This document shows positions 37,497 to 51,081 of a stretch of DNA of 64,000 nt, one piece after another (the stretch's first letter is position 1; each line of letters opens with the position of its first letter). A program made the translations under genes and the position numbers. The notes under the pieces were generated by a model, which saw nothing but the letters and a program-made list of their open reading frames with translations, searched no databases and was not told the DNA's origin. Origin of the DNA: Felis catus (lineage: Eukaryota); NCBI RefSeq assembly GCF_018350175.1, contig NC_058369.1, positions 152,582,001 through 152,646,000 on the forward strand, read 5' to 3'.

Positions 37497-39113
37497 TTTA
37501 AAAAGGTAGTATTTTGTACATCGGCTCTTAAGAGTTTTGGTATATTTAGGTTTCTGTATCTCACATCTTTCCTTAAATATTCACTCTGTTCTATTGAATT
37601 AAGTACTCTAAACCCTGGAAACAAAATAAAACAAGTTAAAGGCTAACTTGCAGGTTATCCTAAGCGAAAAAAAGATCAAAGTGGTACTAAAATGCTCTAT
37701 CTCCCTGGTCCCCATTTGTGGACCCAGAATTCACCATTTTTTACAGTCTGGGCCTTTAGGATAAATTTGGCCGCTGAGTAACACTGGTTTTTTGTTTGTT
37801 TGTTTGTTTGCTTGCTTGCTTTTACCTTTCTTAACCCAGATTTGGCTGGGTGTCCTTTTCAATTCCGTTAACTCTTTCTTGCTTTTACGGAATCAGAGGC
37901 AAAATTAGAATTTTTGTTGCTATGCAATTTATCATGGGTACATAGTCCCTAATTTGAAAAAGAATGAAAGAAATAAAGTCAGATCTGGCTATCAAGCAAG
38001 TTATAATAAAGAACTGAAAACAGCACACACATTTCTGGCAGAGTTTTTTGAGGGCACCAACATCCACAGCTATTAAGTAAATTATATATCAACTATTAAC
38101 ATTTACTTTTTAAAAACATTAATTTATGGTTTGGAAAGATTCACATTCTTAAGAGGTTTCCTATGAGCCTAAGTTTTTTTTTTTCTCTTTAAAAAAAAAA
38201 CAGTTTCATCTCAAGAGAAAGAGAATGCTCTGTAAGACCCAAACAGACTAGAAGAAAATGAAAAAATAAACGGAGTGTTTGGTGATTCCATTGACACAGC
38301 TGATGAAAAGAGTCACTTCAGATGTAATTTACCTAGATTAAATTCAATTAATATGCAACACTAAACAAGATCAAGACACTAGCATTTAAAGAGGTGTCAG
38401 AGGGATAACAGTAGGGAAGTCACACATGTGCTTTAGCCTAGAGAACAGAAAAGGTGGAGGTAAATTCTGTTATCTCTCCTCATAGTATAATGGTATCACA
38501 CTGTGAGCTCCCTGATTGAACCTGCCCTGACAGTTAAACCCTGTTTCCATTTTAATATCTCCCCTATTCCAAATAGCCTCAGAAACAACAGCTGCCTGGA
38601 GCTGAGACGGATGTCAGCTAGCTTTAGAACTTTGCTACTCCTTGCAGAAGCCAGGCCATACGAAAGCAAGGGGTAGCTTGCAAAAAATAGTACTTAATCA
38701 TTCCTTAGTGGCTCTTAAAGGGTTGAGTGGCTGAATATGTCTATGTGTATGTGTAAGAAATGACAGGTCATTGAGGAGGACCAAGGAACATGAACCCCAG
38801 CTGTATCAAGAAAAGGGGACATACAGAATTGGGACGGGGCCAGGAAGAAAGTTTAAGCATTCTTGATCCTTAAGGGAGTTGTATCTGCTAATTGGTATGA
38901 GGTCAACCATGAAAGGCCATTCTCAAGAAATGCCAATAATCCTCAAAGTATACCAAGACTCCAAGAGTGGAAGTATCCGTGGCTTATTGCTGAAGTTCTT
39001 TGCCCATCTTCCTCTTCCACAAGAATGGGGTGTAACCAAGGGAGATCTAAATACTCACTATGTATGTCTAGGCCATTAACCTATTTATAACCTGTCTGGA
39101 CACCAACATTAAT

Positions 39114-39915
39114 TGTATTAGTTTTCTATTCCTGAAAACTTGGCAGCTTAAATTATCATTTATTTTCTTATTCTCTGGGCCAAAATCTGGACGGGGCTCT
39201 CCTGAGCCCTCTACTTTGGGTCTTACAAAACCAAAATCAAGGCGTCAGTCTGCAGGACTCTTCTCTGGAGGCTCTAACAAGGATTCACTTCACACCTTAT
39301 TCAGTAGTTGGCTAAATCTATTTCCTTATGGTTGAAGGAATGAAGTTCTTCTTCCATGCTGTTGTTGGCTAGGGTTCATTCCCAACTTCTAGAGCCCTCC
39401 TGCAGACCTTGGCTTGGGATCCCCTCCACCATCAAAGCCAGCAGTGGCACATCAAGTCCTCACACTTCAGATCTATCCAACTCTGCCACATCCCTCTAAC
39501 TTCCTGTTCAACTTTCCACCTACCCTTTTAAGGGCTCATGGTATTATGTTGGGCCCACTCTGATAATCCAGAATTATCTTCCCATCTTAAGGTTAGCTAA
39601 TTATTAACCTCAGTAACATTAAAAAAGTCTTTTTGCCATGTAAAATAACCTAACCAACAAGCATGACACCAAATGGCAAAGGTCATAGAGCCAAAATTCT
39701 ACTTACCATCGCCCACCATCTGGCCCCCATGATTCACATCCTTCCCATATGAAAAACATTCATTCCCTCCAAGGTCCCCAAAGGTCTCATCCCTATTAGG
39801 GAATTAACTCAAAATCTAAAAATCTCACCTAAATCTTATTAGCTCAAACTTCTCAAATCTCAACATCTAAATCACCTAAATGATTTGGCTTTAGATATAA
39901 GCCAGTTGTAATGAT
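39114..39915. mobile_element. MaLR (MLT1-like) LTR remnant
   Basis: Starts tgtattagttttctatt; contains ttttaagggctcatg...gggcccact...ataatccag. Confidence 0.7.
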
Positions 39916-40827
39916 AATAAGGCTCTGGGTATAATCAATTCCATTGATTTAATATATTAATCCTATCTTTATGTACAACACAGTAATATCTGTGCCACCA
40001 GAACAGGATCCTAAACCCTACTTTTGTCTGTAATTGGTCTGGCATATTAAGGAAGATATTCATAAATATGAGTTCAACTCTATGTTTATGAAAACCAATA
40101 AGCAATTTGAACTCCACAGAACTCACAGTTTCCATATTCTCTGTATTAGATATGTACCTAATCTTAAGACTTCAGCTAAGTATACATAAATGATTCCAAA
40201 ATCTATGCCCACAATAACAACACCACCTTCAATTCAAATCGTATGCATCCAAAAAGATCTTTTCTTCCAATGTCATCTCCCATTAAGGACAAATATTTTA
40301 CCGACATTATTCATTTTTTAACATCATTGAAAAAAATCTTTCATTATGTATTAATTGGACATCCTAACCCATCTTTACCACAAGCTCATTTGTCCCTATG
40401 CTGTCTGAAATGCCCTCACCAACTTTAGCTCTTTTCTACATATATCACATTCTTCCTTTACCTCTCAGCTCCCTCCTACCCTTTCTGGAAATTTTACCCC
40501 AATATCTTTTTTTCTGGCAAACTCCTATATTATTTGCTGCCTATACAACTAATCTTGTCCTTACTATATCCTCCTTTCTACTGTTGCCTTTTATATTATA
40601 TATGGGGCCTATCTCCCAATTGCACTTTCCATTATTGTAACACTTATTGAGATAGCCATAGACTTGGCACAGGGAATGTAAGAAGATACGGTCTTTTGCC
40701 CTCATGAGTTTAGAGTGGAGGAGATGGGCTTGAAAATCAAAGTAAAACAGCACATTTTATATGCCATACACAGATCAGATGAAGTCAGAGTCCCACGTAA
40801 AGGGAACGATCAAGAAAGTGTTCCAGA

Positions 40828-41038
40828 GGGGCGCCTGGGTGGCGCAGTCAGTTAAGCGTCTGACTTCAGCCAGGTCACGATCTCGCGGTCCGTGAGTTCG
40901 AGCCCCGCGTCGGGCTCTGGGCTGATGGCTCAGAGCCTGGAGCCTGTTTCCGATTCTGTGTCTCCCTCTCTCTCTGCCCCTCCCCTGTTCATGCTCTGTC
41001 TCTCTCTGTCCCAAAAATAAATAAACGAAAAAAAAAAA
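40828..41038 (+). mobile_element. Young SINEC_Fc-like CanSINE
   Basis: Perfect TSD AAAGTGTTCCAGA. Confidence 0.96.
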
Positions 41039-42180
41039 AAAGTGTTCCAGAGGCAGGTACACTTGATTCTTGAATGAAGAGTGAGTGCCATACAGAGATT
41101 CAAAATGGAAAATAATTTTACAGAGAACCTTGGACAGTGAGAGTTTCTCCAGAGCAAATCGTGCTTGAGTCTCAGTACCTACACATGAGACTCGTAGTAT
41201 GTCCTTTGCAGTGATGATGAAATTTAGCAATCCACTAAAATATCTTTTTAAGGAAATCTGTTCATTTATGAAACATTCATAATCCTTGGAAACATGCTGA
41301 TCTGCATGTTTCTGTATATTCAGTGAAAATAGTAAATCTTAAGTCAAATTTAAATACTGCCTCCTCTAGAGTCATAACTGTATTTTCTTGACATTGAAGC
41401 ATAAGGTTCAACTCTGCTGAATAGGTAATTTCAGTGAGACAGTAAAATTTAAGCATCACATCTCAGGTTAAAAGTTTGAGATGCTGAATATCCTTCATGT
41501 CCAAAAAAAAAAAAATGACAATCTAATTCATCTACCTGGCAAAGTGAGACCTAACTATGCCACCTGATAACCATAATCATTGTTAACATGGCTATACATT
41601 AATAGATGGGAATATTTTCAATGTACTTCCTCAAGCACTGTCATAATGCAGTAATTATTAAACTTCTGGGCAAGATTCCAACTGACAATTAAATGACCAA
41701 GTCTATTACATCTCCAAATCTTGTTCCAAATGACTGCACTTGCTGATATGCAAGCAACAGTTCAACCGTGCATGGTGTAGCCACTTTAATAAGAAGCCAT
41801 CTCTATCTTCCAATAAAATGAACTAAACCTACCTTCTGATCAAATATAGAAACCCAAATTACTCAAATGTTTGCATTCTTTATGTACAAAGTCAGTCAAA
41901 ATGTTAAGACTATCTTTATTCCCTGCTTTACTACCAGCAATTCTAAAAGCACTTACACAGTAATGTCACTAAGAAACTGTCTCAAATGTCTTTAATTATC
42001 CCCTCTGTTTGATGGGCTATTTCACATTTATGCCAAAAACTGTTTCAGCAATTACAATTTTAAAGACTCTGCCTTAGTGAGATCTGTATTTATGACCCAT
42101 TTCATATAGATAGATTAGTATGATTCCCAAATACATACACACACATCTGGAGAAAAAGAAGTAAAATAATCCTTTCACTG

Positions 42181-42183
<3 letters not shown>

Positions 42184-42225
<42 letters not shown>
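42184..42225. repeat. (GT)n microsatellite, about 21 units
   Basis: Read directly from the sequence. Confidence 0.95.
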
Positions 42226-42226
<1 letters not shown>

Positions 42227-45073
42227 CACTAATACCTAATAGGTTGTTCTATCCCAGCTCATTCTTTATAATGGCTCTCATGAGGCTTTGAGTCACCCTC
42301 CAACTATTTCATGGCAAATGATACAAGTTTTGTCATGACCCCTCAAACTGTGAGTGTCTGCATTTGACAACAGTATGAAATCTCAACTCTTAAGTGTTCT
42401 TGGCTTGAGAACAGCCAAGAGAATAACCAATGAAATAAGAAAGTCTGTACCTATTGAAAATGTGGCCAGACTATCTTTTCCTTCTGCAAGTGAACTTAGA
42501 TCTCTTGACTACCCAGGTAAAAAATATGGGGAAAATCCAAACAAACAGAAAACNNNNNNNNNNNNNNNNNNNNNNNNNNNNNNNNNNNNNNNNNNNNNNN
42601 NNNNNNNNNNNNNNNNNNNNNNNNNNNNNNNNNNNNNNNNNNNNNNNNNNNNNNNNNNNNNNNNNNNNNNNNNNNNNNNNNNNNNNNNNNNNNNNNNNNN
42701 NNNNNNNNNNNNNNNNNNNNNNNNNNNNNNNNNNNNNNNNNNNNNNNNNNNNNNNNNNNNNNNNNNNNNNNNNNNNNNNNNNNNNNNNNNNNNNNNNNNN
42801 NNNNNNNNNNATCATGAATTAATGACTTTGAATTAATGCAAAATGAATAGATAAACAGATATTAAGAAGTCCACACCTCTGGTCTAGGTCTATCAACCAG
42901 TAAATCTGGTTCCTGCATTTTGTGAATACTTATTTCCCTATCATCTTCACAAATATTGCAGCCCTTTGTCTCAGTCAACATCAGTTCTCCCCATCAGCCC
43001 TTCAGGGGTTGGTTTTCAAGGGCTTGATCTTCCATGCAGAGCAGATGGCTGCGGTTCCATTTCATGCTGCATGAAAGCACTATGCTAAGCCTCAACAATT
43101 AACTATTTGAAGACCAATGCTTGGCATCTTGTAACCAATTGTTTTGTAATCACACACATACTAAATGATGTACATATACATATACCACAGTTTGCATACT
43201 CCTCTCTCGAATGAAATAGTCCCATAACTTCAAGAAAAAAAAAAGAATCACTTTCCTTTAAGAATTCTAAGCCTGGTGTTTCCACCTTGACGTTTCTTTC
43301 TGCTTTTTTCACTCTGAGACGCAGAAGTTTCATCATAGTACAAGGAAGTGTATCATTAGGAGATTGTCAGATTAATTAGACAAAATATTTGGCTCCCTAA
43401 AATGAGCTCATTGTTTGCCACTTACTCATTTAGGCCTCTTTTCGTGCCAGGATGTCTATTTTGGAAGATTCATGCATTGGTGATAATTATAAGTATTATT
43501 AAGAAACTTAAGGATTTTATTAGGAAGCCCAGATCCAGAGTCTCCTGAAGAATATGAGGGGAAAAAAATGGGTTAAGAAATGAGGAAAGTAATTTCCATT
43601 TACTTCCCCAAATTAAGTCTCCTTAAATACAGAGAGACCAACAGACTATAAATGTGGTCCCTAACGTAGGACTCTGCATATCTGAATAGTTGTCTATGGC
43701 AGGGTGGTGGGAGGGTGGTGGTGTTCCTGATCTGGGTATTTGATATTTGTGGTTCTGTAATCAACCAACTTTTCAGAGAGAAAAGTCAAACTTTGGCTCT
43801 CTCTGATCAGTATTGCTTTTATTTCACATAGCATTTGACCTTCCAAGCCTCATGAAAGCAGGAAGGCAAAGCCTACCAAAATTCCTGAATTCAATTTGAG
43901 ACTTACAAGTTTGGACTTCACTTAGATTTTGCATTGTAACACCCTTAATCCCACAACTTCACTCTTGACCTTTAGTGCCTAAGAGTGTTATCATAATTTT
44001 CTCTGTGTTAATACTAGAATCCGAACATTTGAATTCTAGCCTTAAGGTCTCTGTATTTCAAATTCTAGGAGTTAAAACCACTTCTGCTCTTGAAGAATCT
44101 GGAGAAAAAGAAGTAAAATAATCCTCTCGTTTATGCCTTTTATCTCACAATACATTTATACTAACCTGTAGCGGGGCACTATTTTGGTTATATATTAACA
44201 TATTCACAAGGGACTAGGTACAGACATAGATCCAGGCAAAGACACAGATGTACATATTATATTACTAAGAAGAGATTTTAAGAGAGAGATGAAGAGACAC
44301 TGAGTGAGCATGAGCACAGAAGATTGGAGATTCAAAACATAAGCTCAAATCCTAAACTTTCCCAGCTCTGAATGGCATGAGAAATCTTTTTACGAAGTGT
44401 TTAACTCCTTGACATTATTTCATCTTATCTCATTCAAAAGTGGTTTTGTTCCCTAATTGTGACCCCATCTCTTTTAGCCCTTGAAACTACTACTGGGTCT
44501 CATTCACTCCTCTTTCTCGTCCGATGGGTATTCCCCGCACCTCTGCAACCAATCAAATCACCATCATACCATTTCTTTCAACCCAAACCACCTATCAGTT
44601 TCCCCTATTGTTCTAAAATGCCTTTTGTCTCTCTTACGCACACAGAGAGGACTTGAATGTTTTTGCTACCAGATTTCAATGGCCCTGGTTTATATGAACT
44701 GTTGGACTTTAACAACTGGTATTTCCGGAAGCTGTGAAGATCCTAATGACTCTAGTGAAAGAATCTTCATCACTTCCTAGTAGTTCACTAACTTCAAAGT
44801 TTCTAGTCAAACTTTAAAATTAGTAGTCCGAGACCTCGAACGTACACCTAGTGCTGTCCTTTACCATCTTTGAGACTCTAAATAAGTGGGTCTCAGGGAC
44901 CTATTTGAAAGAAGCTCCTATCTCGCTAGCTCCCAAGGTTGCCATGAAAGTTAAAATGAAGCAACACTGAAGCCCACTGTCAACACTTAGGTGATATGCA
45001 AACAGAAGGGAACATGCAAAACACCTGCTGGAAACTTCCTCCCTGGGAGATGGAAATGGGACGTTGTCCTCAC

Positions 45074-45152
45074 CTCTGGATTCATGGAACTCCAGTGTGA
45101 CGTGGGCATCAAATCCAAGGCTGAAGTAATTATTGAAAACATTCAGAGGAAG
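45074..45152 (-). CDS. DGKI: DGKI coding exon, 79 nt, [26 protein letters not shown](E); start of DAGKa domain
   Basis: Acceptor cattgcag|CTT, donor G|gtgagg; [10 protein letters not shown] motif; phase 0 to 1. Confidence 0.97.
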
Positions 45153-45475
45153 CTGCAATGATGAACAAAGTAGAGGTGAAGTGGTGTGTAACCAGACAGA
45201 GTCAAGGAAAGCCTGATGCCAGGCACCTGTCTCTGGAGCAATCCCTGGGAGAGAGAGAAGCCGTAACCCAAGGGACAAGGTTTTGTGTAGAAAGAGCACA
45301 GATTTTTGAACTCATTAGCGAAAGCTCAAATCAAATAACACTCCCAAGGATGTTAAATAGGATAGGAAACAAGTGACACAAATACAAATTATTAAATGAG
45401 AACTGGTCTTGCAGATATTAGTAAGAGAGCCAAATTCAGCTCAGGGAAACACATGTACAATAGTTACAAAGAATC

Positions 45476-45705
45476 GGGGCGCCTGGGTGACTCAGTTGAT
45501 TAAGCATCCGGCTTCAGCTCAGGTCATGATCTCACAGTTTGTGAGTTCGAGCCCCGCATCAGGCTCTGTGCTGACAGCTCGGAGCCTGGAGACTGCTTCA
45601 GATTCTGTGTGTGTGTCTCTCTCTGCCCTTCCCTTGCTCATGCTCTGTCTCTCTCTCTCTCTCTCTCTCAAAAATAAATAAACAGTAAAAAAAAATTTTT
45701 TTTTA
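45476..45705 (+). mobile_element. CanSINE
   Basis: Imperfect TSD agttacaa(a/t)gaat. Confidence 0.92.
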
Positions 45706-45730
45706 AGTTACAATGAATGATTCACTAAGT

Positions 45731-45960
45731 GGGGTGCCTGGGTGGCTCAGTTGGTTAGGCGTCCAACTTGGGCTCAGGTCATGATCTCATGGTCTGTGAG
45801 TTCAAGCCCTGCACTGAGCTCTGTGCTGACAGCTCAGAGCCTGGAGCCTGTTTCGCATTCTGTGTCTCCCTCTCTCTCTCTGCTCCTCCCCTGCTCACTC
45901 TCTATCTCAAAAATAAATAAACATTAAAAAAATATTTAACACTAAAAAAAATTTTTTTAA
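45731..45960 (+). mobile_element. CanSINE
   Basis: Imperfect TSD containing attcactaa. Confidence 0.92.
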
Positions 45961-47764
45961 AGAATTAATTCACTAAACAAACTTAGAGAGTCGATTCAAT
46001 TGCAAGGATCATGTGCAAGCTACTTATTCAGAGGATATACTTTTTTGAGAATTTATGTTCACCATATTAATATTGCAACTTAAAATGAATAACATTTAAT
46101 ATGCTTATCCTTTGGTTTTTTAAAATCTATTTTTGACATAGGTCATAAGCAATTATGCAGTGGTAAACATTCAGCTATCCTTGATCTATAGGGAAAGAAA
46201 TATACATGTGTATACATATTTGTCAGTATCATCCAGATTTCTATTCAGTCTATCAGACCTTGGATCTTTAATATGATCACGAAACATGCAGATACACATG
46301 CAGGGACATACACAAGCCTTCCTAGAGTCCTCTGGGTCCCTGGCTGTTAGCAATGCCAGCTCCGTAAAGGATAGGACAATACAAACTAAAATCCTTCATC
46401 AAAAGTGCAAAATTCATGTGCTTTTAAGGCTTCAATGTTAGAACAATCAGAAAAGCATGTGAAAAGTGCTAGAAAGGAAATTGTAGTTCTTCCACTTTTC
46501 CTTCGGCAGCTCAGAGTGGAAAGTAAATGTTAAATTAAATAGAGAGGCAATTTTATCTCAGCTTGGATAATGTTTCCAGATAATTATCAGGTTTAGACTC
46601 CAGACAGAAATATACTTGTCTTCTGTTAGAAATAAGTGTTTAACCCTCAAGATCCCAAAAGTAAGTTTACTGCACTGTTTTATGCGACCCTTGATCAGCA
46701 AGATTTTGTTTGACTAGAATGTGGACCTTGTCCCATTAAGAGATAAATGAAATGAGAGGGAGAGGAACAGAAAGAGATATTAATACAGAAAAAAAAAAAA
46801 AAAAACCAAACAGATTGCCTTGGCCTCCAATGGAAGAAAAGAATGAAGGCTCCCCACCCCCAACCCCGATGGGAGGTCCCGAGTCAGAGCTCGTAACAAT
46901 TCAGAGGTCAAATCAGCCCCCTTAGAAATGGCTACAACTGACTGGAGAACAGGGGAGAAAATAAACACAGAGCAGTGCCAAAATCATGTCTTACTCTCCG
47001 GGCTTCATATTTGAGAATGTCCAGTTCCTGCACTTAATCAAAATACCAAGCCTCTGTAATGAGAGCAAGGGTTGGTGATCTTGCCAAAAGCACAGATAGG
47101 TTCATCTCTACCATTTGTTTTCTTGGCTACAATTCTAACCCATGTCTTAGCATTCACTGATAACTGGGGAGAACATTTGGTTACCATCCCCTAAATAATA
47201 CCCCAGTTTAGTCTTTTATTAAATTCTTGTTCCTATTTTTCAGGAAAAATTGCCTCAATTTTCTACACATCTCAAAAATCCAATTTTTCAAAGCCGTTTA
47301 ATTATCTGGATTAATGTTCCTTGGCTGCACCAAGGAGTCTTTCCATTTCTTAAGCTGTCAGGAAGAGATGCAAATAGAGATTTCTCTTGAGGGCCTAAGC
47401 ATTCTAAGATTGGTGGAGAAAGGACCTTAAATTTCCATACAATTATTTTCACTTTGGCTAGTTTCTACCCAATTTCTATAGGTCGGACACATTAGAAAGT
47501 ATCATATCCCAAGATGATACCTGCAGTTTAAGCAACATTGTGACATTATGAATAAAAATCAACTAAGCAGTCATGGTATCTACTAGAAACCTTATAATTT
47601 CTGGATCATGGTTTAGGGGAAAAAACATGAAGAGAAGATAAAACGTATTTTCACTTATATTAGCCAACTAAGAAACTTGAGTGTTTATCACAATTGGTTA
47701 GGATCATGGTGTCGATAAATAAATAGATTTTGGTTGGGTTCAAAAGGATAGCTGGTTCAATTTA

Positions 47765-47993
47765 TTTTATTTTTTTTTAAATTTTTTTTTCAACGTTTAT
47801 TTATTTTTGGGACAGAGAGAGATAGAGCATGAATGGGGGAGGGGCAGAGAGAGAGGGAGACACAGAATCGGAAACAGGCTCCAGGCTCTGAGCCATCAGC
47901 CCAGAGCCTGACGCGGGGCTCGAACTCCCGCACCATGAGATCGTGACCTGGCTGAAGTCGGACGCTTAACCGACTGTGCCACCCAGGCGCCCC
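47765..47993 (-). mobile_element. Young SINEC_Fc-like CanSINE
   Basis: TSD GGTTCAATTTATTT. Confidence 0.95.
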
Positions 47994-48235
47994 AGGTTCA
48001 ATTTATTTTAAAGCAGCAATGCCCNNNNNNNNNNNNNNNNNNNNNNNNNNNNNNNNNNNNNNNNNNNNNNNNNNNNNNNNNNNNNNNNNNNNNNNNNNNN
48101 NNNNNNNNNNNNNNNNNNNNNNNNNNNNNNNNNNNNNNNNNNNNNNNNNNNNNNNNNNNNNNNNNNNNNNNNNNNNNNNNNNCAATCAATGGCATAATCC
48201 AATAAAGCAGAGATGTCATTTAAAGTACAGATTCC

Positions 48236-48583
48236 GAGAGCCACCTGGGTGGCTCAGTCGGTTAAGCGTCTGACTTCAGCTCAGCTGACTTCAGCATCAT
48301 CTTCCAACCCAGGAGTTTGAGCCCCCATGTCGGGCTCTGTGCTGACACTCAGAGCCTGGACCCTACTTTGGATTCTGTGCCCCTTCCCCACTCATGCTCT
48401 CTATCTCTCAAAAATAAGTAAACGTTAAAAAAAATGTAGGGGCACCTGGGTGGCTGAGTCAGTTAAGCTTCCGACCTGGGCTCAGGTCATGATCTCACGG
48501 TTCATGAGTGTGAGCCCCACTGTCAGCACAGAGCCTGGAGCCTGCTATGGATTCTGTGTCTCCCTCTCTCCTGACCCTCCCTT

Positions 48584-48615
<32 letters not shown>

Positions 48616-48660
48616 AAAAATAAACATTAAAAAATTTAATAAGAAAAATTTTTTTAAAAA
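48236..48660 (+). mobile_element. Two head-to-tail CanSINEs (48236-48434 and 48439-48660)
   Basis: Both lie between one TSD pair, TTTAAAGTACAGATTC; a MER5-like fragment follows. Confidence 0.88.
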
Positions 48661-49432
48661 TTTAAAGTACAGATTCTGATCCTTCAACCTGCATTTACTT
48701 CAGCAGAATCGATGGAGACTGGGCCCCATAATCTGCATGTTTCACGGACACATGTGGAGTTTCTTATGCATGAAAAGCTTTATAAACACTCTCATAGAAG
48801 AAAAGTGGAAAGTAATATGCAAGGAGAGGTTACTTGGCAACCTGTCAAATTTATATGACATTGAGGTGGGAACTTCGAACCAAATTTACCACCAAAACTC
48901 TGCACTAACATGTGTACAATTGTGTCTCTTCATTTGTCTTGGGTGGAAATGAAAGCTTCATCACTGAAGGAAAAATATGAAATCAAAACATTTATTTAGG
49001 CATCTTCACGTCCCAACCAAGTGATGAAACTGGCTCAGTTAATACTTTCTAAACGTAAGAGATATTCAGTATCAGACAAGACATCTCAGGAGGTTATCTT
49101 TCTATCAAAAAACCGTATGCCTAATGCTTCAGAATATCCATATTTTTTCACCATCCCATAGGTTCTGAGATGCAGTGCTTGAGAGATCAGAAAATGAATA
49201 TATGTATTTCTGGTGTGGAAGACAAGGAGTAGGAGATCTCAGTCTTTAGAAGTTAATGAGGCAGAATCATTGAGTAGTGTTAGACTCCTAGCCCCAGTGG
49301 CCATAAACTCAAACATTATCCTGTTATCTCATAGGAAGGAATCAGCATATGATTCTCCAGCCAGGAGTGTATTTCCTGTCACTCAGGCACATGCTCCAGG
49401 GTTCCTCTCTGCTGAGGAAAGAGCTCTCTCAC

Positions 49433-49570
49433 CTTACACACACCATCTTCAAGTTCTTCTGGAGGCAAGTCTGGGTTTCTTTCCACGTGGAGGTTCCAGC
49501 GATCCAGCTGTACAATTGTCCCGTCTTCGACTTGGCAAAGGATCTTCGAAACAGGTTCATCAGTGTAGCC
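49433..49570 (-). CDS. DGKI: DGKI coding exon, 138 nt, [46 protein letters not shown]
   Basis: Acceptor ttccttag|GGC, donor AAG|gtgaga; LDRW motif; phase 0 to 0. Confidence 0.96.
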
Positions 49571-50967
49571 CTAAGGAATCAAAGAATATACCCACTGCCA
49601 TCTGGAGTAGCGAACAGTACAGCCAAAGGTATTTCATGCAAGCAAGAGCCCTTCTGCTGTAGCTCTGTTTATTTTGCGATTAGCAAGGCTGGGAAAGTAA
49701 ACTGTTTTCCTTGAAGTACTTAGAATCTAAGACAAAGTCACAGGTAACGTGCATAGAGATACTGCTCTAACTGGTTTGAGCTGAGTAATTTTTGCCAGCA
49801 CCAAGAACCAGTAGTCACCGGTAGGCATTTGAGGGCCATGCTGGATGGCTGCTTCCATCAGAGTGACAAGAGGACTCCCCAGGTCTCCTACTAGAGGAAT
49901 TTGAGAGACACATAGGACAAGTATGTGTGGAAAAGGAGGAAAGGAATCCAGGTGGCATATGAGACACAACTTTTTCAATTAACATTCCACTTCACCTCCC
50001 TAACTTTGCAATGGGACACCGTTCTTTCCATGGCTGAAGGCAAGTCTGTCTGAGGCACAGCCCTATTATGCAACCACTTACTACTTGAGCATGTATTTAC
50101 TGGCAGCATGATTATTAAGGACAGTCAAGTCTCTGATTTGGATCGAGGAGTCAACAGTGATAAATATATTTACATGAAGCAACTAATTTATTATCATTTA
50201 TACTATGCTCACTGTAGGAGGTCAATTCACCCAATGCCAAATTCATATCTGCTAATATCTGAAGAGAATTATCACCTAATGGAGGTTAATTCACCCAAAG
50301 GTCAAATTCATATCTGCTAATATCTGAAGAGCATTTTCATGGAGCCCAGTCCAATCTCTCATATGAGCAGATAAAAAGCTGGTAGGGCTGCATATGTTAG
50401 CATATTGTGCCTCCTTACTATCTTAACGCTGTAAAAATGTTAATAAAAAAGCTGGTGAGTGACAGGTGAACTTCTTCCACTAAGCTTAACTAAAGTTGGC
50501 TGTATGGTGGGAAGGACAGTTGGCTATCTGTTTCACAAAGCCATGATGACACCAAGCAGAAAAACAAAATGCTCAATAAAACCCGTAACTCTCTTAAACA
50601 AAGGACTGTAATCTGAACCAGATTTGCTCTTCTGGCCAAGACTGAGGGTCAGGATCAATTCGGGTCCGTGTGCTTGTTTTACATAAAGACTTGAGGCCAA
50701 CCCACCCACCACCTTTCAGTGGATACCTCAAGAAGCCCCAGGCCTGTGTACTAACCCCCATTTTTTATACCATACTTTCTTCTCTAGATGATTCTAAATT
50801 TGAACTGAAGAAGGTCCCAGATAAAACCATGAAGCAGGGGCACCCTAATTCTCCATTCTAACTTATTCTTTGGACAACAGTAGCATATTCCCCTTCCGTT
50901 AGAACATCTGTGGATTCAGGGACCCCCCTGCTTGATGGCATGGGTGGTCCCTGAGAACAGTTCTTAC

Positions 50968-51081
50968 CCCTCCCCAGTTGAGAGTTCGAGCCAGGTCGTT
51001 CCCAGTTCCCAGTGGAAGGACCCCGACGGGAGGCTGAGGGCTCAGTTGCAGTTCATCCAGAATAGAAAGGATCCAGCCCAC
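50968..51081 (-). CDS. DGKI: DGKI coding exon, 114 nt, [38 protein letters not shown]
   Basis: Acceptor tctgtag|GTG, donor GGG|gtaaga; LPLGTGND motif; overlaps ORF 50899-51081. Confidence 0.97.

Larger units (their letters stand above)
4540..48182. other. Six assembly gaps: 4540-4678, 8775-8907, 14279-14430, 17863-17994, 42554-42810, 48025-48182
   Basis: N runs. No constitutive exon is needed inside any gap, because the spliced frame is continuous. Confidence 0.98.

Noticed and set aside
37216-41230. Recurrent GQRETEHERGRGRERGRHRIGNRLQALSHQPRARRGART ORFs
   Set aside because: These are antisense translations of young CanSINEs, not a gene family.
49432-49437. Alternative donor GTAAGG 5 nt inside the exon end
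   Set aside because: It has a poor exonic context (TGT versus AAG), and using it would frameshift.
49213-49714. Two + strand ORFs of 149 and 121 aa
   Set aside because: They are antisense shadows of the DGKI exon at 49433-49570 with no recognisable protein features.
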